This document shows positions 1 to 13,395 of a DNA stretch of 64,000 nucleotides, piece by piece. This stretch comes from Octopus sinensis. Its lineage: Eukaryota. The stretch is taken from contig NC_043019.1 in NCBI RefSeq assembly GCF_006345805.1, forward strand, positions 8,493,360-8,557,359. Reading direction: 5' to 3'. The stretch's first letter is position 1. Each line of letters opens with the position of its first letter. Position numbers and translations under genes: made by a program. The notes beneath the pieces were generated by a model that was not told the origin of the DNA, ran no database searches, and worked only from the letters and a program-made list of their open reading frames with translations.

Positions 1-180
1 TATATATATATATGCAAACGCGTGAGTAAAAGGTTGTTTTGTTTGCGTTCGTGTATGTCCGTCGTCCCTGTATCTAATTTTACAAAATCTAAAATATATA
101 TGGTCGTATTCATTAAACACCCTCTTTTGTTTGTCATGAATAATGAATATACATACCGAATATATATATATCCATTACCG

Positions 181-416
181 TCATATCGTCCCAGACCCTT
201 TGTTAATACTTAGGAATTCCTGCGTATCAATCTCAGTATGATAAGCCTGGCTGTAATCCAAGTATCCAATGTTTCCCTTTTTAATTGCTTTTATTTCCTC
301 ATTGTTATAACCACGTTGTTGTTTATTCCCAGAGCGATCTTTATCCATGAAACTAGGATCAAATTTGTTCCAGTTATTCACGATCCAGTATTTTTTACTT
401 TTATTTCTTTGTAAAT
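181..416 (-). CDS. Possible coding exon of unknown product (DLQRNKSKKYWIVNNWNKFDPSFMDK...QEFLSINKGSGTI*)
   Basis: Acceptor-like tgttattttcag precedes ~78 open, non-repetitive codons on the minus strand. No family motif recognised, and the length alone is not significant. Confidence 0.25.
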
Positions 417-1063
417 CTGAAAATAACATTTCTCACCATTTAAGGAAAACGAAAATGAAAACGGCAATGGCTTTACTTTTATTTCCAGCGTTTCGTCTGA
501 CGGTTCTGCGACCATTTTGAATATGTTTACATAGAAAGTAATTATGATGAATGGAATCAATGAAGCATATATTCCAATGTAACAATTCTCTTCTCTTGAT
601 GCTGCTAATAGTACGGAGAACTACGATATCTTTGTATTAAAAGCTGTGCAAAGCAATTTGAAAGATATTTTACAGCTCTTCTTGTAGCGACCATGATTTT
701 CCTTTTGCATACATCGTGCTACTTCGATTTCAGGTGCACTTTTGATTCTCTTTCTTTAGAATGAAGGTTGTAGATATTCTTAGATCTCCCCATGGCGAAA
801 GGAGTCATCGAACATCACGAAAACTAATGTGTAATTTTGTAAATTATATTCAATCCAATACTAAATGCAATGTGCTGGAAATATCGTTTAAAGAAAGAAA
901 ATTGCATATATTATATAATCATAATTATCTTTAAATAGACAACTTGTGAATGGTTTGAGATAATTTTCGTCATGGGATAGCAAGTTCAGAGTCAATCATT
1001 GAAGAAATTATAAGGAGACAAAGCAGTAACATTTATATTGGTAACAGTATTTGCACCTATATA

Positions 1064-1106
<43 letters not shown>

Positions 1107-1250
1107 GTATGTATGTATGTATGTATGTATGCTGTATGTATGTATGTACAATATATATGTATATATATGTCCATGTGTAAATATATATGTATATGTAAAT
1201 ATATAATATATAATAAATAAGGGTGTGCACTAGTTTTTTCTATATATATA

Positions 1251-1330
1251 TCCACCGAGGTCGACTTTGTCATTCTTCCTCTCGGGGTCGATAAAATAAA
1301 TACCACTTAGACACTGGTGACGATGTAATT
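1251..1330 (+). mobile_element. Fragment of the abundant tRNA-derived SINE family
   Basis: ccgaggtcgactttgtc...ggggtcgataaaataaataccac matches the body of the full copies at 17488 and 60741. Confidence 0.7.
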
Positions 1331-1489
1331 CAAACTAGCGGCCTTATTCCCAAATTTCAGCGATGGGTGTATTCCTCTAATTTATAGGAATATCTTTACG
1401 AAAACTGATACGAAAGAGGCACAACAGCACGAAATTTTACAAATGAACAAGGACACTCAAATATATATTTTATACCAAGCTTTTGCCAT

Positions 1490-1625
1490 TGTTGTGTGGA
1501 CGCCCCCAGACGATGAAGTAGGCTAGCCCAATACGTAGATATAGAGGAAGTAGACTAGAGTAATAGAGAGAAGAGTTGACTAGTAGAGGCATCCGAACGT
1601 GCGACATAAAAGTGGCGACGAGGAT
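1490..1625 (+). mobile_element. Short LTR (1490-1606) plus primer-binding site of a Gypsy-like retrotransposon remnant
   Basis: TGTTGT...GCGACA termini (TG..CA), followed 6 nt later by TGGCGACGAGGAT (1613-1625), complementary to the 3' end of tRNA-Ser(GCU) including CCA. No second LTR seen. Confidence 0.55.
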
Positions 1626-2368
1626 TGCGTATCTCACACAGCCACTGTGTAGTATTACGACATAACAGCCATCGAAATTCTACTCACGATACTGCGGTTA
1701 AACTTGGACTAGATTTAAAAGCATTACTTGAAAAAAAGGCGCAATGCGTCTGAGCGATATATGGATGTCTTTGCGATGTAAATTTAATAAATATATGAAA
1801 ATTCGCTCTACATAAATCTTTTGGGTTTGAATTCCTTATTATTATTTCGTTGGGTTTCTACAGTTTCGCTACAGACTTTCATATTTTTCAATATATTATT
1901 CCATATATTTTGTTTTTCCCCTTTATTCTCTCTTTCTAAATTGTATATTTAACTCAAATCTATGTGAAACATCATCTTATAAATCATTTACATAATCTTA
2001 TTTAATGGGATTATATTTCGCACAGCTCTCAACGCACCTTATCACACACCATCCAATCTCCAAAGAACGCGGTGTATAAATCTCACCGATGAGATATCTT
2101 TAACAGTTGCGATATTATTTCACTCTTCCATATCGCTTCCTCTTCTATTTTCATTTAGTTATCTCATTACAAATACAAAATCACATCGGAAATGCTCAAG
2201 CGTCCATATATATAAACATAAAGATATATAGATATAATCATACTTATTTATATATGTACACACACAGGTGCGCGCGTTTGTGTTTCCGCATGTGTGACTG
2301 TGTATGTATGTGTGTGGATATATATGTCATAATGAATTAATTTATCGTTATATCCTATTGTATTTTCA

Positions 2369-2416
<48 letters not shown>

Positions 2417-2958
2417 TGCCAACAAAAGAACGAGACCGATATGTAGATAGAGGAATTTATATATATATATGTTGACTTAAAATTTGAATGAAGATATAAG
2501 AAAATCGAAAATATGAACAAACACGCGGAGTTGCTAAATATACTTGGCGTATTTTCACAAATACGTGAATCATTATTAGAAGACTATTTAAATTGACTTT
2601 TACTAATATCACTAGTTCCTGATACTTCAGTTTTGATGTTGTGCGTTCGTCAGGTCTATATTCCCAGAAATATATTCATATATGTCACTTGCGTATAAGG
2701 AAAGTTTTCTCGTTTACAATATTAACTATATTTAAATTAACAATCTTATTTCTTCGTATAAATTAACGACCATTTATTTTTTATTTCGAGCTGCCAACAC
2801 TTCTGAACTAGCATATATTTTATATCTCCAATTAAGTAATTTTAAATAATGAAGTTTTTTTTTTCCCTGTGACATTAAACAGATCACTACATGTGTGCAT
2901 ATGTGTGTGTGCGTGTGTGTGCGTATATGCCTCTGTATGTATATGTATACACTCACAA

Positions 2959-3053
<95 letters not shown>

Positions 3054-3926
3054 CTTTATATATATAGAGAGAGAGAGATGTATGTATGTATGTATAATGT
3101 TTTTCACCGAACACACTGCGCGGTGTTACTGTACCTCCATTTCTGTTTGAGTCGAAGTTATTTTGTTTAGAAATGTCAAACCGTCGCCACGTAATTTCCG
3201 TTTATGTTTTACATTTTCACTGCTGTTTATTTTCATTTCACTTCTGCGAAGATAATATATACCTTATATTAATTTACCATCTACATTTATACTATATTTT
3301 GCTTTTTATTAAGTACTTTTCAAATTGAATATGTTTTAAATGTCACATTCACACTGTCCCAAAAAATCGATCTGTCTAAGATTTCTGATCAAAATATGAA
3401 GTCAGTTCTAACAAGGAAACTATTCGACAGAAGAATGCCGAGCAATTTATTACACACGACTCAAATCTTTATAAGAAGTGAATGAAACGAGAGAGAAGAT
3501 AAGCCGTGAAAGTTTTACAGACAGAAAGTTGACAATGCGAGAAAAAGAATAATTGTAACTACATTAACATTAATCAACTATTAATTAACGATTTAGATCT
3601 TGGAATACTAAAGCTATTTCTATATCCAACTAATTAGTAAGAACTGGATCTTGAACAGAGAAAACTGTTGATAAAATTGTAACGGAACTGGTTTAATAAT
3701 TGAGTAAGTGTCCGAATCCGTGAGAGGAAGACTCTAATGCTAACGAAACAATACTTTCCTGCCTGAAAATGTCAAAGAGTATCTTTATAGCTAGTAGAGT
3801 ACGTCAAGGGGGGGATTCAAATTATCTGGCGATCGAATTACATTATTAATATTACGCTGTGATGTCGGTTTCATGAGCCGTTGCTGATTTATAAGCTCTA
3901 CCAAATCATCGTATAACGAAGGTATT

Positions 3927-3973
3927 TAATAATAATAATAATTATAATAATAATAATAATAATAATATTATAA

Positions 3974-4022
<49 letters not shown>

Positions 4023-4083
4023 TTTAAAATAATAATAATAATAATAATAATAATATAATAATAATAATAATAATAATAATATA

Positions 4084-4150
<67 letters not shown>
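3927..4150. repeat. (AAT)n microsatellite, ~220 bp, interrupted
   Basis: Direct reading. Confidence 0.97.
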
Positions 4151-4152
4151 TA

Positions 4153-4371
4153 GAGGGTGACGAAATTAAACAATCATTAATGGATATAAGAAACGAAGTT
4201 GCAGCTGAAGAAGATACTACAGATGAAATAATTAGTGAGCAACCCGGGTCTGATGAAGATGCAATAATGATAGAAAGAGTGAATGTAACTGATAAGCAAA
4301 GTGAAATACAGTCTAAACCAAAGATAAACACTAAGACAGAGGAAAATCAAATAGATGGAGAAGTCACATAG
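4153..4371 (+). CDS. Acidic ORF tail (EGDEIKQSLMDIRNEVAAEEDTTDE...IDGEVT*); terminal exon or retroelement ORF end
   Basis: 72 open codons rich in Glu/Asp start right after the (AAT)n run. No homolog recognised. Confidence 0.3.
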   Translation, partial: EGDEIKQSLMDIRNEVAAEEDTTDEIISEQPGSDEDAIMIERVNVTDKQSEIQSKPKINTKTEENQIDGEVT

Positions 4372-4506
4372 AAATTGACTCAAATGAACTCATCTCATAT
4401 TTATTATTTGATTTATGTACCCCAAATTTTGTATTGTTGTATGTAATTGTAATGTCCTTTCTTTATTCAGGCTACATGCCTATAATAAAGAGAAAGCCAT
4501 GATTGT

Positions 4507-4551
4507 CACACGCTGACGACGGGTCAATACTCAGAAAATCGAGTCCGTGTG
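4507..4551 (+). ncRNA. Type I minimal hammerhead ribozyme motif (slightly decayed)
   Basis: Stem I cacacg(4507-12)/cgtgtg(4546-51); core CTGACGA 4513-19; stem II gggt/actc with caat loop; GAAA 4534-37; GTC triplet 4543-45. Confidence 0.7.
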
Positions 4552-4763
4552 TATCATAGGTTGAAGACGAGAAGGATGGCTTCCCTTTGCAAATACTGAT
4601 AGGGCACAGAACGTGTGTCTATAGCCAGATGGAAGAGGTGTCCTCCTGGGGCTACAAGCTACACTAGCATCCACGCTTAGGGGCTAGTCATATTTAAATG
4701 GCAAATATGCTTCACGATGTGTTGCAACTACTGTTTATACCTCGCTCAGAGATTTATTTTGGG

Positions 4764-4817
<54 letters not shown>

Positions 4818-5295
4818 TATAATACTTACTTCCAATGTCTATCTCCGATTAACTGTATTTAAGTTTATATATTTTTGCGACAATACTTAGACAGACGGCA
4901 GACATGATTGAAATGTCACCGCCATGAAAGTTTATTTTATCATACACTTATCAACTGATGTTATAAATATCACCGAAATAATTCTTACTGTGTCTGAATT
5001 TCTAATCTGTATCCGAATGATGTTCTTGTAGTGTATATAGACAATTAGACCCATCTGAGTGAAGAAATCCGCCCTTAGCCATTCAGATATGTACTTTATA
5101 TCACAAATATTTACGAATATTTTCTTACCACCGACCAGTAGACATTGAGCAACTGCTTAATAAATAAATTTAAATTATTGGTGCCGCGCCCTCCTCTCTT
5201 GGTAGAAGTATTAATAATTGAGTCACTGGTGTCTATTATTCCTTCCTAAAACCTCTATTAACCCCTAAATTCCAGTTCTGATCTAATATACATTA

Positions 5296-5433
5296 TTCTG
5301 GTAAATCCATTCTGTCAACTGAAATAGTAGCAGGATCACTGTAAATGATTTTGTTCCATGGATTATAAACTATGTGAAATCTTTCTAAATATTCTTTATT
5401 TTGAAGTTCATGAATTCATCTGACGAAAACGGT
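5296..5433 (+). repeat. Dispersed repeat, copy 1 (unclassified, probably transposon-derived)
   Basis: ttctggtaaatccattct...aactgaaata...gatcactgta...ttcatgaattcat.tgac.aaaacggt aligns with 42981-43117. Confidence 0.75.
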
Positions 5434-6064
5434 TTCTTTACAATGATGTAATGTTTTCCTTAATCAATTAAAGTAGTCATTCGAAACGGCCGTAAGGGAT
5501 TCGCAACTGTAACTCTTTGTTGCTCACTTATATATTATTTCCATATATGTGTATATATATATATAGACAACATGCATATTTCATATACATTATCATGTAT
5601 ATATGAAGGTGTTAGATCTCTTGCTCTCTTTCTCTCTCTCCTCCGCTTTCCATACGCACACATATATATATGTATGTATGTGTGAGTGTGTGTGTGCAGG
5701 CGTATGTATGTTTGTACGTCAACAGCTACAATGGGAACCTGATATTTTGCTTCTCAAGAATGCACAAAAATCTTTTACATTCAATTTTCTTTTATTTCTT
5801 CTACGTGCATCCTATTTTGATTGTCTCTAATTTCTTTTTTCTATCACCTCAGCTTTGTGGTCATTCACAGAATTTAACTAGATTTCTTGAAAATCAATAT
5901 CCTGGAAATATCTTAAACTTCGTTCGTTAGACAAGTGTTGAAAGTTGAAGTGCAGCTTGCATGCTATGTCTCGATTGCTTCAACTGATATTATTTTTGTT
6001 TTCATCTCTGCTACACAGAAACTATTCAATTTACTTTGACAGCCGAAAGAAGACCAGTTGAGTT

Positions 6065-6298
6065 ATGGGGTCAGTATTGGAACCTGCGGAAAGACTTCTT
6101 GATTTATCGTTGAGGGTGCATTTCGAGGAGCAGTTAGTTGCTTTGATCAGTCATGAAGACTTGTATTTCGTTATTGTCCCCCATGGAATTCGTACTGAAG
6201 TTCGTGACGGCGCGGATTACAAGCTCGTATTCTGCTCCGAAAGTAACCGCAGCTCAGACAACAGAGACGCCTCTGTCTTCGCTGATGTTAGTCCCTCC
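6065..6298 (+). CDS. Possible first coding exon (MGSVLEPAERLLDLSLRVHFEEQ...FADVSPS)
   Basis: ATG in good context (gttATGG), in-frame stop just upstream, 78 open codons, then CC|GTAAGT donor in phase 0. Locally GC/CpG richer. No homolog recognised. Confidence 0.35.
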
Positions 6299-7526
6299 GT
6301 AAGTAAGCTGCCATCGCAAACATCGTGCAACAAGTTCCTGTGTAATGAGATACGTCACGTCTCAAATTATTTTTATGCAACTGTCTTATTTTCATAACGT
6401 ACTTTCACTGCGCTACCGAGCGCAGCACTGCGATCCTTGAGTAGCTGCTATGGTTTGTTTTGGTACTCTTGCTTTCACTGTATTGAGAGTGCTTTACGTA
6501 GGATGTGTTCAGTGCAGGTATATCCTACCCGAAGACAAAAACTAAGTGTTCTTGATATTTGACCCCGAAACTACATTCATGCGGCATAGGTTCAGTTATG
6601 GGCACAAAAATATTCGATCCTTCCTTACCCATAATTTAACATGTATCGCGTATCTCAGACAATCCAGTGTGTTTTTTTATTATTGTTTTCAAGAGGATGA
6701 GTTACGATTTATCAGTTATCCTGTAGCATTTCGAGAAACCAAGCTGCGACTGATACCCCGTTGCTTAATGTCAATGATTTGATCGCATTTCATACACGAT
6801 GCTGCTTTAAGCCAGTCGATGATGTCTTCCATGCTGGATATTCACTTCGAGTAGCGTAATTGCCTTCAACGGTAATTTTGTTATATATGCACAGGTGTTT
6901 ATTCATAATGCAATTTACTCCAGATCTGTTCACTCGAAATATTTTAATTCCTACATAAACGGTTCTTATATGGGAAGTCGGAGAGCGGAAACAACTGATA
7001 CACTACACTCATAAAGGAAAAGACAAAATGTTATTTTCCTCTATAATTTAAAGATTGCTAAATCAGTTGTTCTTAATAATTGACAAGTCTTTGTGAATAC
7101 ACAATACAACACACACACATACATTATATATATATATATTATATATATATATATACTCTTACATACCATACGTCTAATACATACTATACATACTATACAT
7201 AACACCAACCCCTACATACGCACGTCATACCAATCCTACGCACTAGTACTCTCTCATGACACACACACCACACACACACACACCACACACCTTATACATA
7301 CTAATGATACACACCAACCCTATACATACCACTCCAGACCCCTCCCACGCACTTTTAGCTGGTCCCTTACAACCCTTTTATCAACCCTATTCTCCCTTAT
7401 TTCGCTTTCGCGTCTCATGTTTGATCTTTGTGACCTCTGGCCAAATCAGATCGCCATGTTGTTGTTAGCTACTACTGCACGCATTTTTTTTCTCTCTCTC
7501 CTTCTTTCTGGTTTTTCTCTCTCTCT

Positions 7527-7669
7527 GTGTATCTTTCTGTTGAATAGCGTAGGCTCGAAACGTTAAGACTTGTTTTATTTATATTTCCTGACGCCCATCT
7601 AATACAATTGTTCGTTTGTTTTCCACCTGCTTCGTCTTTTGTTTATTTTCATAAAGCTTCCCGTTATAT
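7527..7669 (+). mobile_element. Dispersed repeat with hammerhead-like motif, copy 1 (Penelope-like terminal repeat suspected)
   Basis: Shares gtgtatctttctgt.gaa.agcgtaggctcgaaac and ccacctgc.ttcgtcttttgtttattttc.taaa with 13396-13534. Confidence 0.6.
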
Positions 7670-7715
7670 ATTACATAACATATATATATTATTAGACATA
7701 TATATATATATATAT

Positions 7716-7826
<111 letters not shown>

Positions 7827-7842
7827 GATGACATATATATAG

Positions 7843-7880
<38 letters not shown>

Positions 7881-8169
7881 TATATACATATATTCATATA
7901 TATATATATATATATACATATCAAAACAGTTTCATTCCAACTCGTTGGTACCCCAGTTTTCAAGCTTCGGGCTAATCAAATTCAAAATGCCTGAAGATAA
8001 ACCTCAAGCTTGAAACTAGGAATACCATCGAATTTGAAGCCAATTGTTTTCTTCCATACATATAACTCCCAATAAATGTGTTGAGTGTTGTATATATACC
8101 AGAGGAGCATATAAATGTGAAACAAGGTGGGAAAAAATAATACTTGAATATAGGAGGTAAATTAGCATG

Positions 8170-8329
8170 CTTTATTAATAAAGCTGCAAAGACAGAGCAG
8201 TAAGTGTTGCTCAGAGTTTCACGTTCTCGTTCGTTGGAGAGTTTTTCTCAACCAAAACTGTTCGAGGAACGAGAACGTGTTACTCAGAGGCACAGTTTTT
8301 CTGATGTATTTGCAGCTTTATTAATAAAG
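8170..8329. mobile_element. 160-bp foldback, MITE-like
   Basis: Perfect 21-bp terminal inverted repeat ctttattaataaagctgcaaa (8170-8190 / 8309-8329) and inner 13-bp IR cacgttctcgttc (8220-8232 / 8267-8279). Confidence 0.75.
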
Positions 8330-8969
8330 TCGGGAAAAATACTGCAAGTTATTTGTCTAAGGGGAGTAACAAATGTGCTAGCTCAAGACATATCTATTGC
8401 TAATAATATTAACAATGAACTGTATGTTAGATATAAGACGATAAATTAAGAGGGTAACATTCCCAAAGCTTTCAACTAGCAATATACAGATAAATAAACA
8501 TATTTTACATGGCGTTCCATTAACGGAGATGTTGATCTTGTAGTTGAGAACCTGAGCCCTGATTCGCTCGATCGGTCGCATCTGTATTCCGATAGACAAC
8601 TGAATCTCTATTCAGGATTGCTCCAATAAAACATTCTCATAAATGCCTTGAAAGAATGATGACAAACGCATGCATATCTAGGATGTTTCGTAGGCACAGA
8701 ATATCATTGAAAGCAGTATTTGACAGGAAATTTATATTAGCGATATCGGAAGGAAATAAGGGGTGCATTCTAATGATGGCCTCACTAGAAGAGAGAACGA
8801 CAAGACGTAGTCTCTCGCTGATTCTGCCGTTAATTCCGATGAACATATTACCTCTGTACACATCTATCTATCTGTCTGTCTATCTGTCTGTCTATCTATT
8901 TATCCATCCCCCTCTTACGCCCTCAACCTCTCTCTCTCTTCGTATATATATGTGTGTGTGTATATATAT

Positions 8970-9010
<41 letters not shown>

Positions 9011-9124
9011 TATATATATATATATATGTATATTATATATACACCCACACACATAATATATTATATATATATATATACACACACACATATATATATATAT
9101 ATTATATATGGTATATATATATAT

Positions 9125-9190
<66 letters not shown>

Positions 9191-10102
9191 GAGAGCATGT
9201 CTAGATAGCCACGCATGTATTTAGATGCATATACATACTACGTATATATATCTTTTCACATGTAAACATGTGTGTGTGTGTGTGTGTGTGTATGGATTCC
9301 ATATAAATGGTTATTACTTCCTCTTAACTTTTCTATTAATTTGTAGTTATCTCTTTTGCTTGAGTAAATCCTGACGTAATTTCAGCAATATGAATAGTGT
9401 TCGGATATTTAAAGAGTTCAAAGAGATTACATACACACACACACACTATATATATATGCGTATGTGTGCGTGTATATGTGTGTATATATATATGCGTGTG
9501 TGTGTGCGCGTGTGTGAGTATGTGTGTGTATATGTATGTATGTATGTATGTACGTATGTATGTATGTATGTATGTATGTATGTATTGGCCCACACACTCA
9601 CATGCGATGTACATTCTAGGCCTCTGATGTGTAATCATATAATTACATAACAAACACTGAAAAATATACGCTATGAAACACTCTCATATCGATCAATTGA
9701 ACGCACACACACATACACATACTGTAGAAACGCGCTGTAGAGACAATCGCACACCCGTACAATCACACGCACACATACACACACGGCAAACACACACACA
9801 CACAGTCACCGAAACACACACATATATGAACACATAGGAAATTATCCTGGTGTAAATATTATATAACAAAAACGCATGTATCTGCAGTAATTCTTTGGAA
9901 GTATTCGGATCTCAACGTATTAATGGGCCAAGCGAAATGTAAATATGAAATTTGAGATGAAAAGATATATAAGTGTGTGCGGCGTTATATGCATGTGTGT
10001 GTAATGTGTAATGTATATATATATATATGTTGTGTGTGTGTGTAATGTGTGCATACCTATGTGTGTGAGCAAACTCTGTACGCTTGGAGCAATTCCTTGG
10101 TA

Positions 10103-10152
<50 letters not shown>

Positions 10153-10290
10153 CACTTATATATATATGTGTGTGTGTGTGTGTGTATGTGTGCGTATGTA
10201 CATACAAGCATATAAATATGTATATATGTGGACACATGCATACAATGACGTTATTTTACGTTGTGCTGCATGAGTTAAATACGCTTCTTC

Positions 10291-10339
<49 letters not shown>

Positions 10340-10501
10340 TGCGCGCGCTTAAGAACATGTTTGTCTGATTATGATGAGGTGGGTAAAAAAAGAAGGGAAA
10401 TATTCTTACCTGTATGAATTATAGTTAACCCTTAAATATGGCGTTCTGGAAGGTCCTACTTTTACTATCTAGCTATCTAGCTGTCTATATGCATGTTTGT
10501 G

Positions 10502-10535
<34 letters not shown>

Positions 10536-10814
10536 CAAGTAAAAACGTACACATATAAATGTATCCATGCTCACACACTATATATCAGTGTGTGTAGATA
10601 TGAGTGTGTATATGTGTGTGTACGTATAACTATGCGCGTTTCTATATTCATATGTTGCGATGTATAATTTGAGTTAAAATGTATATGCATACTTGTATAC
10701 AGACATGTACCGTCATATATATTTTATGCATGTAACAATATATACATATGAAGTTATAAATATGTATGTGCGTTTGTCTTCGTTTCCCACAGTGTATGTG
10801 TTTATAAGTGTGTG

Positions 10815-10858
<44 letters not shown>

Positions 10859-11715
10859 AGTGTGTGTGTATGCGTCCATGCGTGCGTTCGTTCGTGCGTG
10901 CGTGCGTGCAAGTGTAGAAATTGTGACGGAATGAATGAGCGAAAGAAGGCGCACGAAAAAATATACCTGAGTGTAAGCGAATGCGCAACAGATCATAGAA
11001 AGATTAGGTCGTAAATGTGCTTCGATGGAGAGATTACGATTTATATAGGGGTATATATGAAAGAGTTACCTGCTCTGTATATTTACAAACATTTTAGGAA
11101 AAAAGAAATTACACACGAGCGATAGAATATTAAATTTTATTTGAAGAGTATATCATACTTTGCATCCCTTTTTTGATGATGCGCCATTATGCTAAAATTC
11201 TTTACAAACACAGATTATATTAAAGTTATACGCAGAAGGCCAAACACACGCACAGACCCACAAACACAGTGGCACACACAAAGACACGCACATACACACA
11301 CTTTCAAATCTATATATACTACATATAAATATGTCGTATAGACATATATATATATAAGTATCTATATATATATATATATATATTATATTATATATGTATA
11401 TATATATATATATATAAATATGTATATATATATATGTATGTATAGATATACATATATGTGTCTTTCTGTGTGTATGTATATATGAATGAATGTATGTTCG
11501 TGTGGGTATATTTATGTAACTATGCATGTGTGTATGTTTGTATGAACGTAAAATATGATCACAGTTAGAGAAAGAAAGGAGAGGCAGGGACGTTTGAGCA
11601 GCCATGGAAATTTCTTATTATCTGCCTATAAAAGAGAATGGCCAAACATATTTACATACTAAGGGCAGTTGCGTTTACACACACACACACACAAACACAT
11701 ACACACATATATATG

Positions 11716-11776
<61 letters not shown>

Positions 11777-12067
11777 ATGCATGTGGATGTGTGTGTATGC
11801 ATGTGGATGTGTGTGTATGAGTGTGTATGTCTTTGTGTGTTTGTGCGTGTGACTTTTTAAGGATTTTGTGGCCTGTGCATTATGATAAATATCAAGAACT
11901 GTATCTATTATCTATAGATGGGAAAGGAATTCTGTTTAGCTGGCCTTTCATTTGTGCTTTATTCTTCCGAATCATACATTATCTCACCGTATTCATCAGC
12001 TCGATGGACTAGATTTTCAACTGGATCCACATATATATATACACTTAGTCAAACAAAAATCTATCTA

Positions 12068-12071
12068 TTTC

Positions 12072-12158
<87 letters not shown>
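12068..12158. repeat. (TCTA)n tetranucleotide run; similar runs near 12440, 20445, 40982 and 52128
   Basis: Direct reading. Confidence 0.95.
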
Positions 12159-12385
12159 GTGTGTGCGTGTGTGTGTGTGTGCGTGCGTGCGTAATGGATT
12201 CTCCAGTCGAGGAATGTATGTGAGTGCACAGTGACGTGCACAAATGATTTGATTATGTTGAGCAAATGGTCGTACCGTACACTTACTCACTTGCTCTAAC
12301 AAAGTCAGGAATTGAAATCATGATCTGGCGATGGTGGGTGCAACACACTAGCTACCACTGCACATATATATATATATATATATAT

Positions 12386-12423
<38 letters not shown>

Positions 12424-12438
12424 GAGAGAGAGATAGAG

Positions 12439-12499
<61 letters not shown>

Positions 12500-12500
12500 T

Positions 12501-12545
<45 letters not shown>

Positions 12546-13227
12546 GGCAACCAATGAATGAGACCACGATATTAGGTAATCAGAGGAATTTATATATGTA
12601 TATATATTTATATCGAGAAATATTAACATTTTCTTTTTTAATTGATGAGTGTAGTGTATCAGCATTCCTCCCAGTTTCTGTTGTCTTGTTGCTTTTTTTT
12701 TTTTGAATCCATAAAGCAAAATCTGTCGAATAGTCTCCTTTGTCACTTCTGTAAAATCTTTGAAAAATAACTGTTAAAATCGAACTGCTCTCTTCAATAC
12801 TTGCAGTAAGCGTCAGGACAAGGTGTAATTACTAACTGCTTTCATAGCAAATTGATGAAGGTAGTTTATTCCGTCCCTCTCCGAATTTTAATTCATGTAA
12901 TTGAAGAAGAAAAAAACGCGTTATTCATGGGATGACCCAATATTTTCTCATATGTGATACCAGTATACACATATCATGGGAGAATATATCGATGAAAACA
13001 GACGACAGAAATTCTAGGTTCGATATCGTTATGGATAGCGAGGAGAATCAGTGAAATTGTGAAATCATTCTGATTGGAAATAAAAATCTAGAATAGCACG
13101 ACACAAGATATGTACACAATATTTACCTAAATAATTCGACCGATGCATTCCGTAGGTTATAGGTTACCACACATCAGAATGGACTGTCCCATTTACACAT
13201 ATTCATATCTACATGCTTGCATGCTTG

Positions 13228-13352
<125 letters not shown>

Positions 13353-13395
13353 GCACATATAGCTACCACACACATTTTTCTCCCCTTGTTTTTCT

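Noticed and set aside
7991-8020. CTGAAGA...GAAACTAG hammerhead-like string
   Set aside because: Stem II does not pair, and there is no UH triplet or stem I partner.
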